Shown piece after piece: positions 1 to 11,880 of a DNA stretch of 64,000 nucleotides. The DNA comes from the human T2T-CHM13v2.0 reference genome, Homo sapiens, in NCBI RefSeq assembly GCF_009914755.1, contig NC_060928.1; one strand, 5' to 3'. A program made the position numbers and the translations under genes. The stretch's first letter is position 1, and each line of letters opens with the position of its first letter. The notes under the pieces were generated by a model. The model worked only from the letters and a program-made list of their open reading frames with translations, was not told the origin of the DNA and searched no databases.

Positions 1-203
1 ATCAGACAGGAATTCCCCATTTCCCAATTCCCCCAGCTCCTGGCAACCACCATTCTACTTTCTGCTTCTATGGGTTTGACTACTTTAGATGCCTCATGCA
101 AGTAGAATCATGCAGTCTTTGTCCTTCAGCAACTGGTGTATTTCACTTAGCATAATGTTCTCAAAGTCCATCCAATTTGTTGTAAATGCCAGAATTTCCC
201 TCT

Positions 204-519
204 CTCTCTCTTTTTTTTTTGAGACAGAGTCTCACACTGTCACCTGGACTGGTGTGCAGTGGCACGATCTCGGCTCACTGCAACCTCTGCCTCCCAGGTT
301 CAAGCGATTCTTCTGCCTCAGCCTCCTGAGTAGCTAGGATTACAGGTGCCTGCAACCACCCCTGGCTCGTTTCTTTTTGTTTTTGTTTTTTTTTGTATTT
401 TTAGTAGAGATGAATTTCACTATGTTAGTCAGGCTGGTCTCAAACTCCTGACCTCCTGATCCGCTTGCCTTGGCCTCCCAAAGTGCTGGGATTATACGTA
501 TGAGCCGCCACGTGCTGCC
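204..519 (-). mobile_element. Alu (S-like)
   Basis: Full dimer; target-site duplication (TSD) gaatttccctct at 192-203 and 520-531. Confidence 0.92.
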
Positions 520-562
520 GAATTTCCCTCTTTTTAAGGCTGAGTAGTATTCCACTGGGTAT

Positions 563-902
563 TGATATGGTTTGGCTCTGTGTTCCCACCCAAATCTCAC
601 CCTGAATTGTAATAATCCCCACTTGTCAAGTGGAGATAATTGAATCATGGAGGCAGTTTCCTCCATACCGTTCTCATGATAGTGAGTGAGTTCTCATGAC
701 AGCTGATGGTTTTATAAGTGGCTTATTTTCTTCTTTCTCCTGAATATGAAGAAGGATGTGTTTGCTTCCCTTTCCACCATGATTGTAAGTTTCCTGAGGC
801 CTCCCCAGCCATGTAGAACTGTCAGTCAATTAAGCCTCTTTCCCCTATAAATTACCCAGTCTCAGGTATTTCTTCACAGCAGCATGAGAATAGACTAATA
901 CA
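563..902 (+). mobile_element. THE1/MST-family MaLR solo LTR
   Basis: tgatatggtttggctctgtg...gactaataca termini; near 5-bp TSD ggtat/tgtat. Confidence 0.85.
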
Positions 903-3849
903 TGTATATATACCACAGTTTCTTCGGCCATTCATCCACATCTCGGCTATTGTGAATAGTGCATGAACATGGCAATGGAGATACCTCTTTGAGGTCTTCA
1001 TTTCAATTCTTTTGACTAAATAGCCAGAAGTGAGATTTCTGGACCTTACGGTAGGTTTATTCTTAATTTCTTGAGAAACATCCATACTACTTTCCATGGC
1101 AGCTGCACCGCTTTACATTCCCAGCAACAATGCACAGGGGTTCTGATTTCTTCTCATCCCTCACCAACATTTGTTATTATGATTATTTTTTATAATGGCC
1201 ATCTTGACAGGTGTGAGGTAATATCTCATTGTGGCTTTGATATTCACTTACTTGATGATTAGTGATGTGGAGTATCTTTTCATAAATCTCCTGGCCATTT
1301 CTGTGTTTTTCCTGGAGAAATGTCTATTCAAGTCCTTTGCCCATTTTTCAATAAAGTTATTCGGAAGACAGCTGCTGTTTTAAACCATTATTTTTTTTAA
1401 TTACAATTCACATTTTTTTCACTGTTATTCTTTGATTTGGGTGAGATAAACCAAGTCTGATGTAGCCCACTCTTAGATATACACAATAGGAAGGCTAGTC
1501 TGCAAGTCTGCTCTGTACCTTTGGGCAAGTGCGCACGTTTCCTGTTATTCCATATATTTAGGAAGATATAGGCACCTTCTTGTTACATATATCTAAGAGT
1601 AGACTACATTAGACTGTGCTTATCTCACCCAAATCAAAGACTAATGGTTTAAAAAATAATGTGGCACTTCATCTGCTTAGGCCATCATACCTATAAATAC
1701 CTGCATAATCTTCTCACACCTGTCACTGATGCAGATTTCCTAACAAGAGATTTATTACTTTAAGCTATTGAGAAACTCTACCTTATTAAAACGTAAAGGA
1801 GAAAATGACCATATTGGATTTACTATTATTCCCTTATGTGAAATGAGTATTTTAGGTATTTGCCATGATGACATTTGGCTGAAAAAATAGGGAAGAAATA
1901 TAGAACACATAAATTATTTTGGAGGAACATTTAGGGGTTAGAAATCCAAAGCCAAGAGCCAAGGCTTGGTTAGATAGGGATGCTCTTTTGAGAGATGCCA
2001 TGGTGAGAATTCCAGTATAGTCAGGGATGACCAAACAGACTGGGGAAGAAGCAGCACCTTGGCAAGGAAACTTTGGGAAGACATCAAAGACAACTACTTT
2101 CTTCAAATGGCTCACCCCTGTTGGCCAGCACACACCATCTGCATTGAAGGTGGAAGACACTATGCCTGAGGCTTTCTTTCCTCACACCCTTTCTCTATAG
2201 TAACTTTGTTTCTAGAGTGTCTTCTGGTGGATATTCTTCTGTGCTGAATCTGATTTGTCATGTTCCTTTCAGACTGAATGATAAGTGAGCTATGGCAGCC
2301 TACCTAATGACTGCCAGACATATCAATGCTTGCAGATCCTCATCAGATGCAGATATGCAGCTTTAGTACTGGCATTGGTCTTGCAAATGGTCAAAGGATG
2401 AAAATAATTCCTACCCTAGTTTTGTTCAGCAGCCACATCTAGGCAAAATTTTCACTCTTTCTAATGTGGCACTTTGTGTAGGTCTGTGTGAAAATTCTGG
2501 GCCTCACACTTTGTCAATAATACCAAAGTTAGGCCAGCACTTTTGGGCCAGGGGAAAGTCGCCAGTGGTTTAGGAATGAAAGAACTTCAAAGATGGGAAG
2601 AAGCCATGCACAGAGCTTAGCCAAGGCTTCCTTTGCTCCAGCTAGTGGAGACTAGTAAAATATTATCTTTTAAAACACCTATACACACCCCAAGAATACA
2701 GAAATCATCTTCCTTTCTATTGTGAAAAGGCAGTCAATTTTCTCTATGATAGTTTTCCTCCAGAATCTCTTTTTCTCTGGAGTTTGAATTTTTAGAAGCA
2801 TACTATTTAATTGTTCTCACAATAAATGAGAGCAGAAAAGCCTCTGAGTTCTTTTGGGGGTAGGGTAATATCCTTAAGACTCTAATTTGTAAAGTGTAAT
2901 CAGGAGTTAACTTACATGCTGTAGGTGGAACTAGTGTGTCCTTTGTCTAATTAGGAAGGTAAAAACTAAGCTACAACGAATGGTTTGAGATTTTTACTAC
3001 TCCTAAACAGGAATGGATGCAAAAAGTCAGATTTGGGCTATAATCACCAATTTCAGACATTTAAAAGTGATGATGAAACATTTATGAATTAATTGTGTGA
3101 TTTGTGTTGGGGGTATATGGCTAAAGAAGTGCTTACATTTTGATTCCTATAGAGTTTTCATCAAGGGACTTCATTTTCTTTCATATTTAATTTAAGATTT
3201 ATTAAATTTGTGCTACTCAAAGGATCTTATCCTGGGACCAATAGAGAATTCATTTGTTTAGTCATTTATTCATCCACTTATATTTAGAATACCTTTTCTT
3301 TGCCAAGAATTGAGAAGATATATGAAAGTTAAAAAGGGAACATGCTGCTATTTGGAAATAATGTTAGGTTGGTCCTAATCTAGCAAGTGCCTACATCAAT
3401 TATTTGGTACTTCACCTACCCAATATGATTGAAGTAAATCCAGCAATTATAAAATCCATCATTGTTCATGACTAAATTAGAAGCTGTGTTTTTCTCTCCA
3501 TGTTTTGTGTCCTCTGCAACTGGTCTTAGTTCTTTAGCATAAACTAGAAGGCCTAGTTTCTCCTAACAGAAGGCAGCTAGGATTCTTTTCAATTGAGTTT
3601 GTACAGAAGACCCTCAATGTTAAGAGGATATTAATTTTTCCTCTAGTTACAATCTATGAATGGGGCTGAGAGTGTCCCAATTTTTGGGGAGACAGATACA
3701 AAAAGAGAATAATGTGTTTGTGAGACAGTTGATCACCTTCAATGTATGAGTGATCTTTTAGAAATATATGCATATATTGGTGCAAGTTTCATCTCAACAG
3801 AAACAACTATACTCATTGCTCCTAAGAATTTTAGGTGACAAAAGAAGTG

Positions 3850-4136
3850 CTTTTTTTTTTCTTTCTTTTAGACGATCTCACTCTGTCACCCAGGCTGGAG
3901 TGCAGTGCAGTGGCATAACCTGGGCTTATTGCAACCTCCACCTTCCAGGCTCAAGATATCCTCCCACCTCAGCTTCCCAAGAAGCTGGGGCCACAGGCGT
4001 GCATTACCATGTCTGACTAATTTTTGTATTTTTTGTAGAGACAGGGTTTCCCCATGCTGCCCAGGCTGGAAGCAATCTGCCCGCCTCAGCCTCCCAAAGT
4101 GTTGGGATTACAGGCATGCACCACGGCACCCAGCCT
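3850..4136 (-). mobile_element. Alu (J-like)
   Basis: Diverged Alu dimer with a poly-T head. Confidence 0.88.
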
Positions 4137-4261
4137 AACAGTTGTGCTTTCTAGTGCAAGGAATTCAGCAACTGCAGCAGCATTCGTTTATCCTGAAATT
4201 AGAGACAGAAGAAAGCCAACTACTTAGGAAAAACATAATTGATATGAAAGAGCTTATGCTG

Positions 4262-4628
4262 TGCTATGATCTGAACGCTGGCACACCCCAGAATTCCTAT
4301 GTTGGAACCTAACACCCAAAGCAATAGTAGTAAGAGGTGGGGCCCTTGGAAAGTGATTAAGTCTTAAGGGCTCCACCCTCATGAATGGGATTAGTGCCCT
4401 TATATAAGAAGCCTGAGCAAGCTCCCTTGCCCCTTTCTGTCACGTAAGGATGCAGTTAGAATGAACCATCCATGAAGCAGAGAACATGCCCCCACCAGGC
4501 ATTGAATCTGCTGCAGCTTTGATCTTGGAATTCCTAGCCTCCAGAATTGTTAGCAGTAAATTTCTGTTGTTACATAAATTACTCAGTCTAAGGTATTTTG
4601 TTACAGCAGCCTGAAAAGACCAAGACAT
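4262..4628 (+). mobile_element. MaLR LTR (MST/MLT1A-like)
   Basis: tgctatg...agtaaatttctgttgtt...gaccaagaca. Confidence 0.8.
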
Positions 4629-6029
4629 GCTACCACGTTGGTAATTTTCAGCTACATCATGTTCACTAATCTAGAATTGAGAAAAAGAGATCCTAATGTT
4701 AAAAGTTACTGGTAACTAAAATTTGCTCTTACATTTTTGCATTCTCCCTGGATGAAGGCCTGAGATTCTGAAGTTGTTCTTGAACTTGACCCTGCTAGTT
4801 TACATTATGCTGCATTTTAACTGCACCACTGGGCTAGCAAAAAAAACGTCCACAAAAAGCACATGGATTTTATAACTCACCCTGAATAATTAAGGACATC
4901 TGTTTTTTGCTATAAACATTTTTTGAAAGCCTAAACATGAAGCACTGGTCCAATTCATTAATATTTTGGAATAAATTTAATTACTATATATTATAATAAA
5001 ATGAGCTGTGTGTTTTTTTGTAGTTAAAAAAACCAGCATTTTCACATTATCAGTTAAAACCACATTAGAAAGTACATTTTAAAAATTGAAAGTGAGTTTA
5101 TTGAAAATAAACTTGTTACTGGGTATTCTAGCAGAGAAAATCCCTTGAATATCTATGAATGCATTTTTAAGAGTTAAAAGAATCACATACCTTGGCAACC
5201 ATTTGCTAATTTTGAAAGTATTCCCAAGTGTTTATATACTATATTTATTTAAATTGGCCATATGATTTTAATTGGTTTCACTGTGGTAGAATTAGCTTCA
5301 TTGAAGTAGATGTACTCTCCTACAAGCTGAATAGCAGCCCTGTGTAGCACAGATTTCCAACATAAACTATAATTCATAAAGGCCAACACAACTCTTTTCT
5401 TTGTAGCTGGGTAACCATTTATGTTTGAGGTGAAGATGTTAATATGGAAATTTTGTGAGCTAGGAAAGAGGATGAACGCTATCACTCTAATTTATGACCT
5501 TTCATATAAGGCCAAATGTAAAGGCAACTTCAATTGTTTTATATCTCAGGGCCAGCACATAGCAGATGTATGAAATTTGGAGTGTTAGACATAAACTTTT
5601 ATTACCAAATTATAAATAATTTCTCCCACTTATAATGTTCACCTTTCAAGTTCATCTTGATTAAAATACAAGGGCAGCTTCACACCGATTTCACTAAATT
5701 TTACAGCTGAGAGAGGTTTTCTAGAGTTCACGGTGGAGTATAAAGCATCACAGCATTTGGGAGATTCTCCTTCCAGGAGCTCAGACTCTGATCCTATCTC
5801 TTTTAAAATTCAAGTCATGCCAAAATGATGGCTGATGAAGTCCGAACATTATTTAAACATCTCACATGTTACATCTGAAACCAAGCGCCCATGATGTAGA
5901 ATATATCACTTCCTTGGGTAAGCAAAATGACATACTACTTTTTCTGAGAAATTTGCCCACCAGTCAATGAGCTTGTATCACTTCTTAGAAGGTATTCAAC
6001 AACCAGAGAGTGTCTGTCTGTTTCCTTAT

Positions 6030-6088
6030 TTTCTTTTTTCCCCTCCCTCCCTCTTTCTTTTCCTTCTTTCTTTTTCTTTCTTTCTTTT

Positions 6089-6125
<37 letters not shown>

Positions 6126-6142
6126 TTTCTTTCTTTCTTCCT

Positions 6143-6174
<32 letters not shown>

Positions 6175-6212
6175 TTTTCCTTCTTCTTTCTTTCTTTCTC
6201 TCTTTCTTTCTT
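6030..6212. repeat. (TTTC)n microsatellite expanded from an Alu tail
   Basis: About 180 nt of nearly pure pyrimidine abutting an antisense Alu. Confidence 0.95.
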
Positions 6213-6217
6213 CATTT

Positions 6218-6525
<308 letters not shown>

Positions 6526-6771
6526 TCATATCCCATGATTAAAGGCAGATAATGGTGGCCCCAAGTATCCAAAACTAGCACATCACAGCTTATGAGCTCC
6601 TATTGTACAGTCTGAAGGTCCAGGAAAGGTTCAGGTCCATGCCAGCACTTCATACCAGTTAATGCATTGCTCCAACAAGACCAGCCAGTATTCTTGGAAG
6701 CTTAACATCCATGTTACATATTAAAATCTGCTTTGGAGAGTGTTGGTCAATCCAATTACATGTTTGTATTT

Positions 6772-6812
6772 ATCATCATCATCATCATCATCAACAACAA
6801 CCACAACAACAT
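6772..6812. repeat. (CAT)n/(CAA)n microsatellite
   Basis: Directly visible. Confidence 0.85.
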
Positions 6813-7009
6813 CACAATACATTCATCTACATGTTCACAGGGCTGTTGGGTGTTTAATAAGCTAGACATGAGACCATCTTTTATGAATATGAAACATTGA
6901 AGGACATAGTTATTTAAAGGCATATGTACTATAGAACTGTAGAAGGGACAAACAATGAAGTGGCAAGAGTTCTCTTAGCATTTATATATCTGCATTTGTC
7001 TATTTTAAG

Positions 7010-8040
7010 CATAATAGCTTCAAGAGAATGAAAAGACAAGCCATAAACTGGGAGAAAATATTTGTAAAACACATATCTGATAAAGAACTATTATTCAAAA
7101 TATACAAAGGACTCTTAAAACTCAACAAAAAGAAAGAACAAACTGATTCAAAATTGGGCCAAAGACCTGAACAACCAAAGATATACATATGGCAAATAAG
7201 TATATAGAAAGATCCTCCATATCATATGTCACTAGGGAATTACAACTTTAAACAACTATGAGATAGTCACTAAGCAGCTATTAGACTAGTCAAAATCCAA
7301 AGGACTGGAAGCACCAAATGCCCATGAGGATGTGGAACAATGGAAACTCTCATTCACTCCTAGTGGGAATGCAAAATGGTACAGCCACATTGTAAGACAG
7401 TTTGGCAGTTTCTTACAAAACTAAACATACCCTTGCTATATGATCTAGCAGTCATACTCCTTGATATTTGCCCAAATAAGCTGAAAACTTATTTCTATAC
7501 AAAAACCTGCATACACATATTCATAGCAGCTTTATTCATAACTTCCCAAACTTGGAAGCAACCAAGATGTCCTTCTGTAGGTAAATGGATAAATAAACTG
7601 TGGTACATCCAAATAATGGAATATTATTCAGAACTTAAAAGAAATGAGTTGTCAAGCCATGAAAAGGCGCAGAGGGGTCTTAAATGCATATTTCTAAGTG
7701 AAAGAAGCCAGTCTGAACAGGCTACACAGTGGGGTGGTGCAGTGTATGCACCACTAACTGTGTACGGTATGATTCCAAATATATGATATTGTGGAAAAAG
7801 GCAAAACTTTGGAGACAGAAAAAAGATCAGCGGTTGCCAGTGGGGAGGAAGGGATAAATAGGTGGAGCACAGAGAATTTTTAGGGCAGTGAAACTATTCT
7901 GTATGATACTGTAATTGTGGGTACATTTCATTATGCATTTGTCAAAACCTATAGAATGTGCAACACCAAGAGTGAACCCTAATGTAAACTTTGGCCTTTG
8001 GATGATAATGATGTGTCAGTGTAGGTTCATCAGTCCTAAC
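7010..8040 (+). mobile_element. Old L1 (L1M-type), ORF2 3' end and 3' UTR
   Basis: ORF 7376..7786 resembles the L1 ORF2 C-terminus (FIAALFIT..TWKQPRCPSVGKWINKLWYI..MEYY). Confidence 0.88.
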
Positions 8041-9669
8041 AACTAAATGAAACTAAACTACATAAGTTAAACTAAAGCTTGCCAAAATATTTTTATGACT
8101 TTAAGGCTCCTTAATAAATTAATGTTTACATTCAGGGTTTTGAAGACTAGTATTCACCAAAAGTCTTGCAGTGTTTTCTTTGCATCATAAAAGATGCTGA
8201 AAGCAAAAACCTGGGAAATACGGAAAATTGCCTTGTGAGTTAGTAAAAGTCATTTATAAGCTGCTGAGGGGCTTTTGGGAACAGCCACACTTTTTATAAG
8301 CTTGTTAGCTCATGAATTAATTCAGGATGCCCACCCCGTGTGTCAAACTGGGCCCTTACCCAGCTACTCCCCTTAGAGAAGGTTGCAGCTGCTCAGCAGA
8401 TGAACTAGGCCCTTAAAACTCCTCATGGCTCCCTACCCACCACACTAGTGTTAACGGCTCGATTAGGGCTCTGTAGGAAAGGGAAAGAAGTTTGAATCAA
8501 AAATTTTCTTTTTTTTTTTAATAATTTAAACAATCAGTAAGGAATGTGCAATTTGATGTCGTTTGCAAAGAAAGTTTTTAGGAACAGGGCTTTTTATCCT
8601 ATTATGTTTGTTCTTTGCACGTAATTATTTGATTTAAATGGTACTTTTCTTAAAATTTTTATTTACATTGTATTTTATATTGCAAGAACTTCAAATACAG
8701 CCCTCACAATAAATCAGTAACTGTTCGGTCTTTATCCAAACTGAACTTTTATAGAAGGATATAAGGAAGTCTCTATTCTTTAACAAATCATATCCAGTTG
8801 TTTTCTGTCCCTGATATCAATCAAAAGTTCATTTCTTCTGCCTTTAACCAAAAGAAGTTTACAAGGGAGGAACTCTTTATCTTCGAAAAAAATTTTGCAT
8901 CTTAGATTTTATAACACCTAATGGGGTTAAGGATCTGTGTTGAAAGATCTTATCACTCTGTGTATAGTGTTACAAATCATAAATATAATTAAAGTATAAG
9001 TTTTCAACTGATGAGAGTATATGTGGAGGGGGAAAAACGAATCAAGTCCTGGTGTAACAGTTCTCTTCTTTTTCCCTTTCAATTCCATTAATAGAAAGAG
9101 TATTGAGAATTCATGCAAAATTCCAAACCAAGTTCCCATAGTAGCACTGAAATAAGTCTGCACACCATTTCCAATAGGAACTAGTAATGTAACACAATTA
9201 ATGTCATTATAATTTGGAGTTACTTGAGTGATTTTGATTATTTTTGTATCAATTAACATTGCCATGGAAACAGTCTCTTGCTAAAATGGCTTAAGTCTTC
9301 ACACATTTAATCAATATCCAGAGGTAGATTTAAAGACTTGAGGTGTTTCATTTATTTATTTATTTGCTTTAAACTATTCAAGGACGTTTCTGGGTACACA
9401 ATGCCGTTACTTAAACAGTAAATTCCAGTTTCCTATGACTTCAAGTTATTTTTTACACTTCTGTAAATAAATCCTGCCCAAAAGATCACTTCTAGTTTCC
9501 TGGAATTTTGTTTTTGTTTTGTATTGTATTTGTTTTGTACTCAGATTTCTGTTAGAGGAACTCCACTGCACCAATTTTGCTACTAGACAAACCAGGAATC
9601 TTGGATTTGCGCGCTTTGGTGCTGACAGGCTTTTTCGGCCCCAGCGGGCTGCCGTAGCAGAGAAGAGCA

Positions 9670-9680
9670 CTGATTGGCTG
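9670..9680 (-). promoter_or_regulatory. Inverted CCAAT box (NF-Y site)
   Basis: CTGATTGGCTG matches the NF-Y consensus, just upstream of the inferred first exon. Confidence 0.65.
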
Positions 9681-9714
9681 AGGCAGAAAAGTGCCCCTGC
9701 CTCGGCGCTTTCGG

Positions 9715-9788
9715 TTTTGGCTGGGATCATCCGCGGCGGCCGGGCTCGTGGGGCGCCTGGAGTGAGGGTTCTGGTTCCCGCCGGCGAG
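9715..9788 (+). other. LSM6: LSM6 non-coding exon 1 (start approximate)
   Basis: Strong donor GAG|GTGAGC at 9788/9789 inside the CpG island; the next exon has an acceptor and only 10 nt of UTR before the ATG, so an upstream exon is required. Confidence 0.75.
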
Positions 9789-11004
9789 GTGAGCCGCACC
9801 GCTGCGCGGGCCGACGACGGGGCCGGGCGCAGCCCCAGGTTCGGTGCCCCAGTGTTCAGTCGCGCTGTGGAGCGGCGGCTGCAGCGGCCCTAGGCCGGGC
9901 GAGGCAGCCCCGGAAAGGGCCTGCGGTGAACAGGCTGGGGCTCCGGGAAGGGACCGCTGGGTGGCGGGTCCCCGCGAAATGCCGCGTCCAAGCTCTCCGC
10001 GCATGGAATGGCTGGGAGAGGTCTGATGGTGGGCGCCGGGACCGCCCTCAGCGAGGCGCCTAGACTGCGCGGAGAGGAGCGGCACCGTCCCGGCTCCTAC
10101 CGAGTTGGCGTCCGAGATCAATTCAGGTTGTTGAAGTTCCCCAGGGAGCCCCGACGCTAATCCCAAGATTCGGCGGGAAAGCGGATCCCGAACCCAGGCC
10201 TAGGCTTCGCCTGTCTTCCAGGAGGGCTTCAGGGAATTGCGAACCCTCTCCTACATCGGGGTGGCTGCGCCTGACCACAGGAATTAAAGGCTGGACTCGC
10301 CTGTCTTACCAAGTTGTCAGGTCGAGGAACCCGATTGTATGGTCTTAAGTCCTATCGCCCAAGGTTTTCTGTGCGTATGCGTGTCCGCACACCTGCATAG
10401 CAGGCATTTTTAAGGTGTGTAGGATTAAGATGATGCGGATTACCCTGCCCCACTGCTCTTAGTAATACGTGACTATTGTAGAAAATTGCAAACATAGAAG
10501 ACTTTAGTGAAGAAAATAATATTCACTGAACCCTTTCACCTACGATCATTTTCTCTTGTATGTGCTAGCTTCTACTTGAACTAAGAGTGTACATGTTTAA
10601 TCACTTAACAGTGTAGTTTTCCACTTCCATTTAAAAACTCTTCCTAAATATTATTCTAATTTTGTATCTTCTTTTGATTGTCCTATCATTGTGGGTCCCA
10701 GTTTAGGTCCCGTAAATTATTCAGTCATTTCCCGATTGTGGGACATTAGATTGTTTTTGAATTTTTACATCATCTTAGCATCCCAGATAGTGCTTTGATA
10801 AACTCTTTTCCCCCTATTTTTTAGATTATTTCCTTGGACTAGATTCTCAGAAGTGAAATTATCAGATTAGATGCTGTCATCTGAAAGGTCTGTTTTAGGC
10901 CTTCATACACATTGCTGCAGTGTTTTCCAAAAAAGTTTTAGAGATGTTTGGTAATTTTACTTGCTTAAATATTGTGCAGAAATCTTGAGAGGCTTGTGTT
11001 TGTG

Positions 11005-11026
11005 GTGTGTGTGTGTGTGTGTGTGT
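11005..11026. repeat. (GT)n microsatellite
   Basis: Directly visible. Confidence 0.9.
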
Positions 11027-11049
11027 CACTGGCGTTAATGCGTTAGACT

Positions 11050-11240
11050 ACCTGAATGTTAGGGCAGGAAGAGACTTAAGTGGTCATCTGGCATAACTCC
11101 CTTATATTGCAGATGAGGAACCTGGGGCCATGAGAAGTGAAATTATGAGTTATCCAAGTCACACAGCTAATTAAGTAGCAGAGCTGGGATTAGAACTCAG
11201 GTTTCCTGCCTCCCAAGTGAGTACTCTGTGCTGTATCAGG
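11050..11240 (-). mobile_element. MIR
   Basis: cagatgaggaacctggggc...ccaagtcacacagcta core. Confidence 0.7.
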
Positions 11241-11649
11241 CAGTCTCTCACTGAACTGTGGCATAGTAGATACTAGAATTTAAAAATTTGTTTACATCAC
11301 CTGGGTTATTCTCTCCTTTTAAAAGTGTACTAACAGATTTTAATCATCGGAGAGACCTGTAACACTGAAAAATTGGAAAGTGATCATTTTCATGGCCAAG
11401 ACTAGAAATCCATTATTTAGAATGGCAACCCCTTCAAGATTTTGACAGTTGTTTTCAGGTTCCCTATATGTTAGAATAAAACACCCCTGATTAATTATAA
11501 CCTACACTCCATCATTTGGTTAGAATGTAGCTTTTGGTTATCATTTGCGGTACCTTGGAGATTTCTTTAAAACTCCTCACTTTAAAACCAAAGAACAATT
11601 TTTTTTATTTTTATTTATTTTTATTTATTTTTTTATTTAGGGCTTATAG

Positions 11650-11880
11650 CAGAGATTGTCAACTTCCATTGACATTTTGTGCTGGGCAGTCCTTTGTTGT
11701 GGAGGGCCGTCCTGTTAGTTGTAAAATGTTTAGCAACATCCCTGGTCTCTACCCACTAGGATAGCAGTAGCACCACCTTCCTCAGTCATGACAGTTCAGT
11801 GTCCCCAGATATTTCCAAGTGTCCCTGAGCAGGGTGGGGCAGGGTTGGGGGTACTGCCCCTAGATGAGAACCATTTGCTT
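11650..11880. mobile_element. MER20-like hAT DNA transposon
   Basis: atgtttagcaacatccctggtctctacccactag...gagaaccattg. Confidence 0.7.

Larger units (their letters stand above)
20..1355 (-). mobile_element. Old L1 3' region interrupted by an Alu and a THE1/MST LTR
   Basis: L1 motifs, e.g. tttacattcccagcaacaatgcac and gagaaatgtctattcaagtcctttgcccatttt. Confidence 0.8.
9600..10400. promoter_or_regulatory. LSM6: CpG island promoter of LSM6
   Basis: Abrupt GC- and CpG-rich segment in otherwise CpG-depleted DNA; overlaps the first exon and its donor. Confidence 0.9.

Noticed and set aside
7376-7786. 136-aa ORF
   Set aside because: Decayed L1 ORF2 C-terminus, not a host gene.
9446-10166. Several long overlapping ORFs (up to 204 aa) on both strands at the LSM6 promoter
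   Set aside because: Expected from stop-codon depletion in a GC-rich CpG island; low-complexity products with no recognisable domain.
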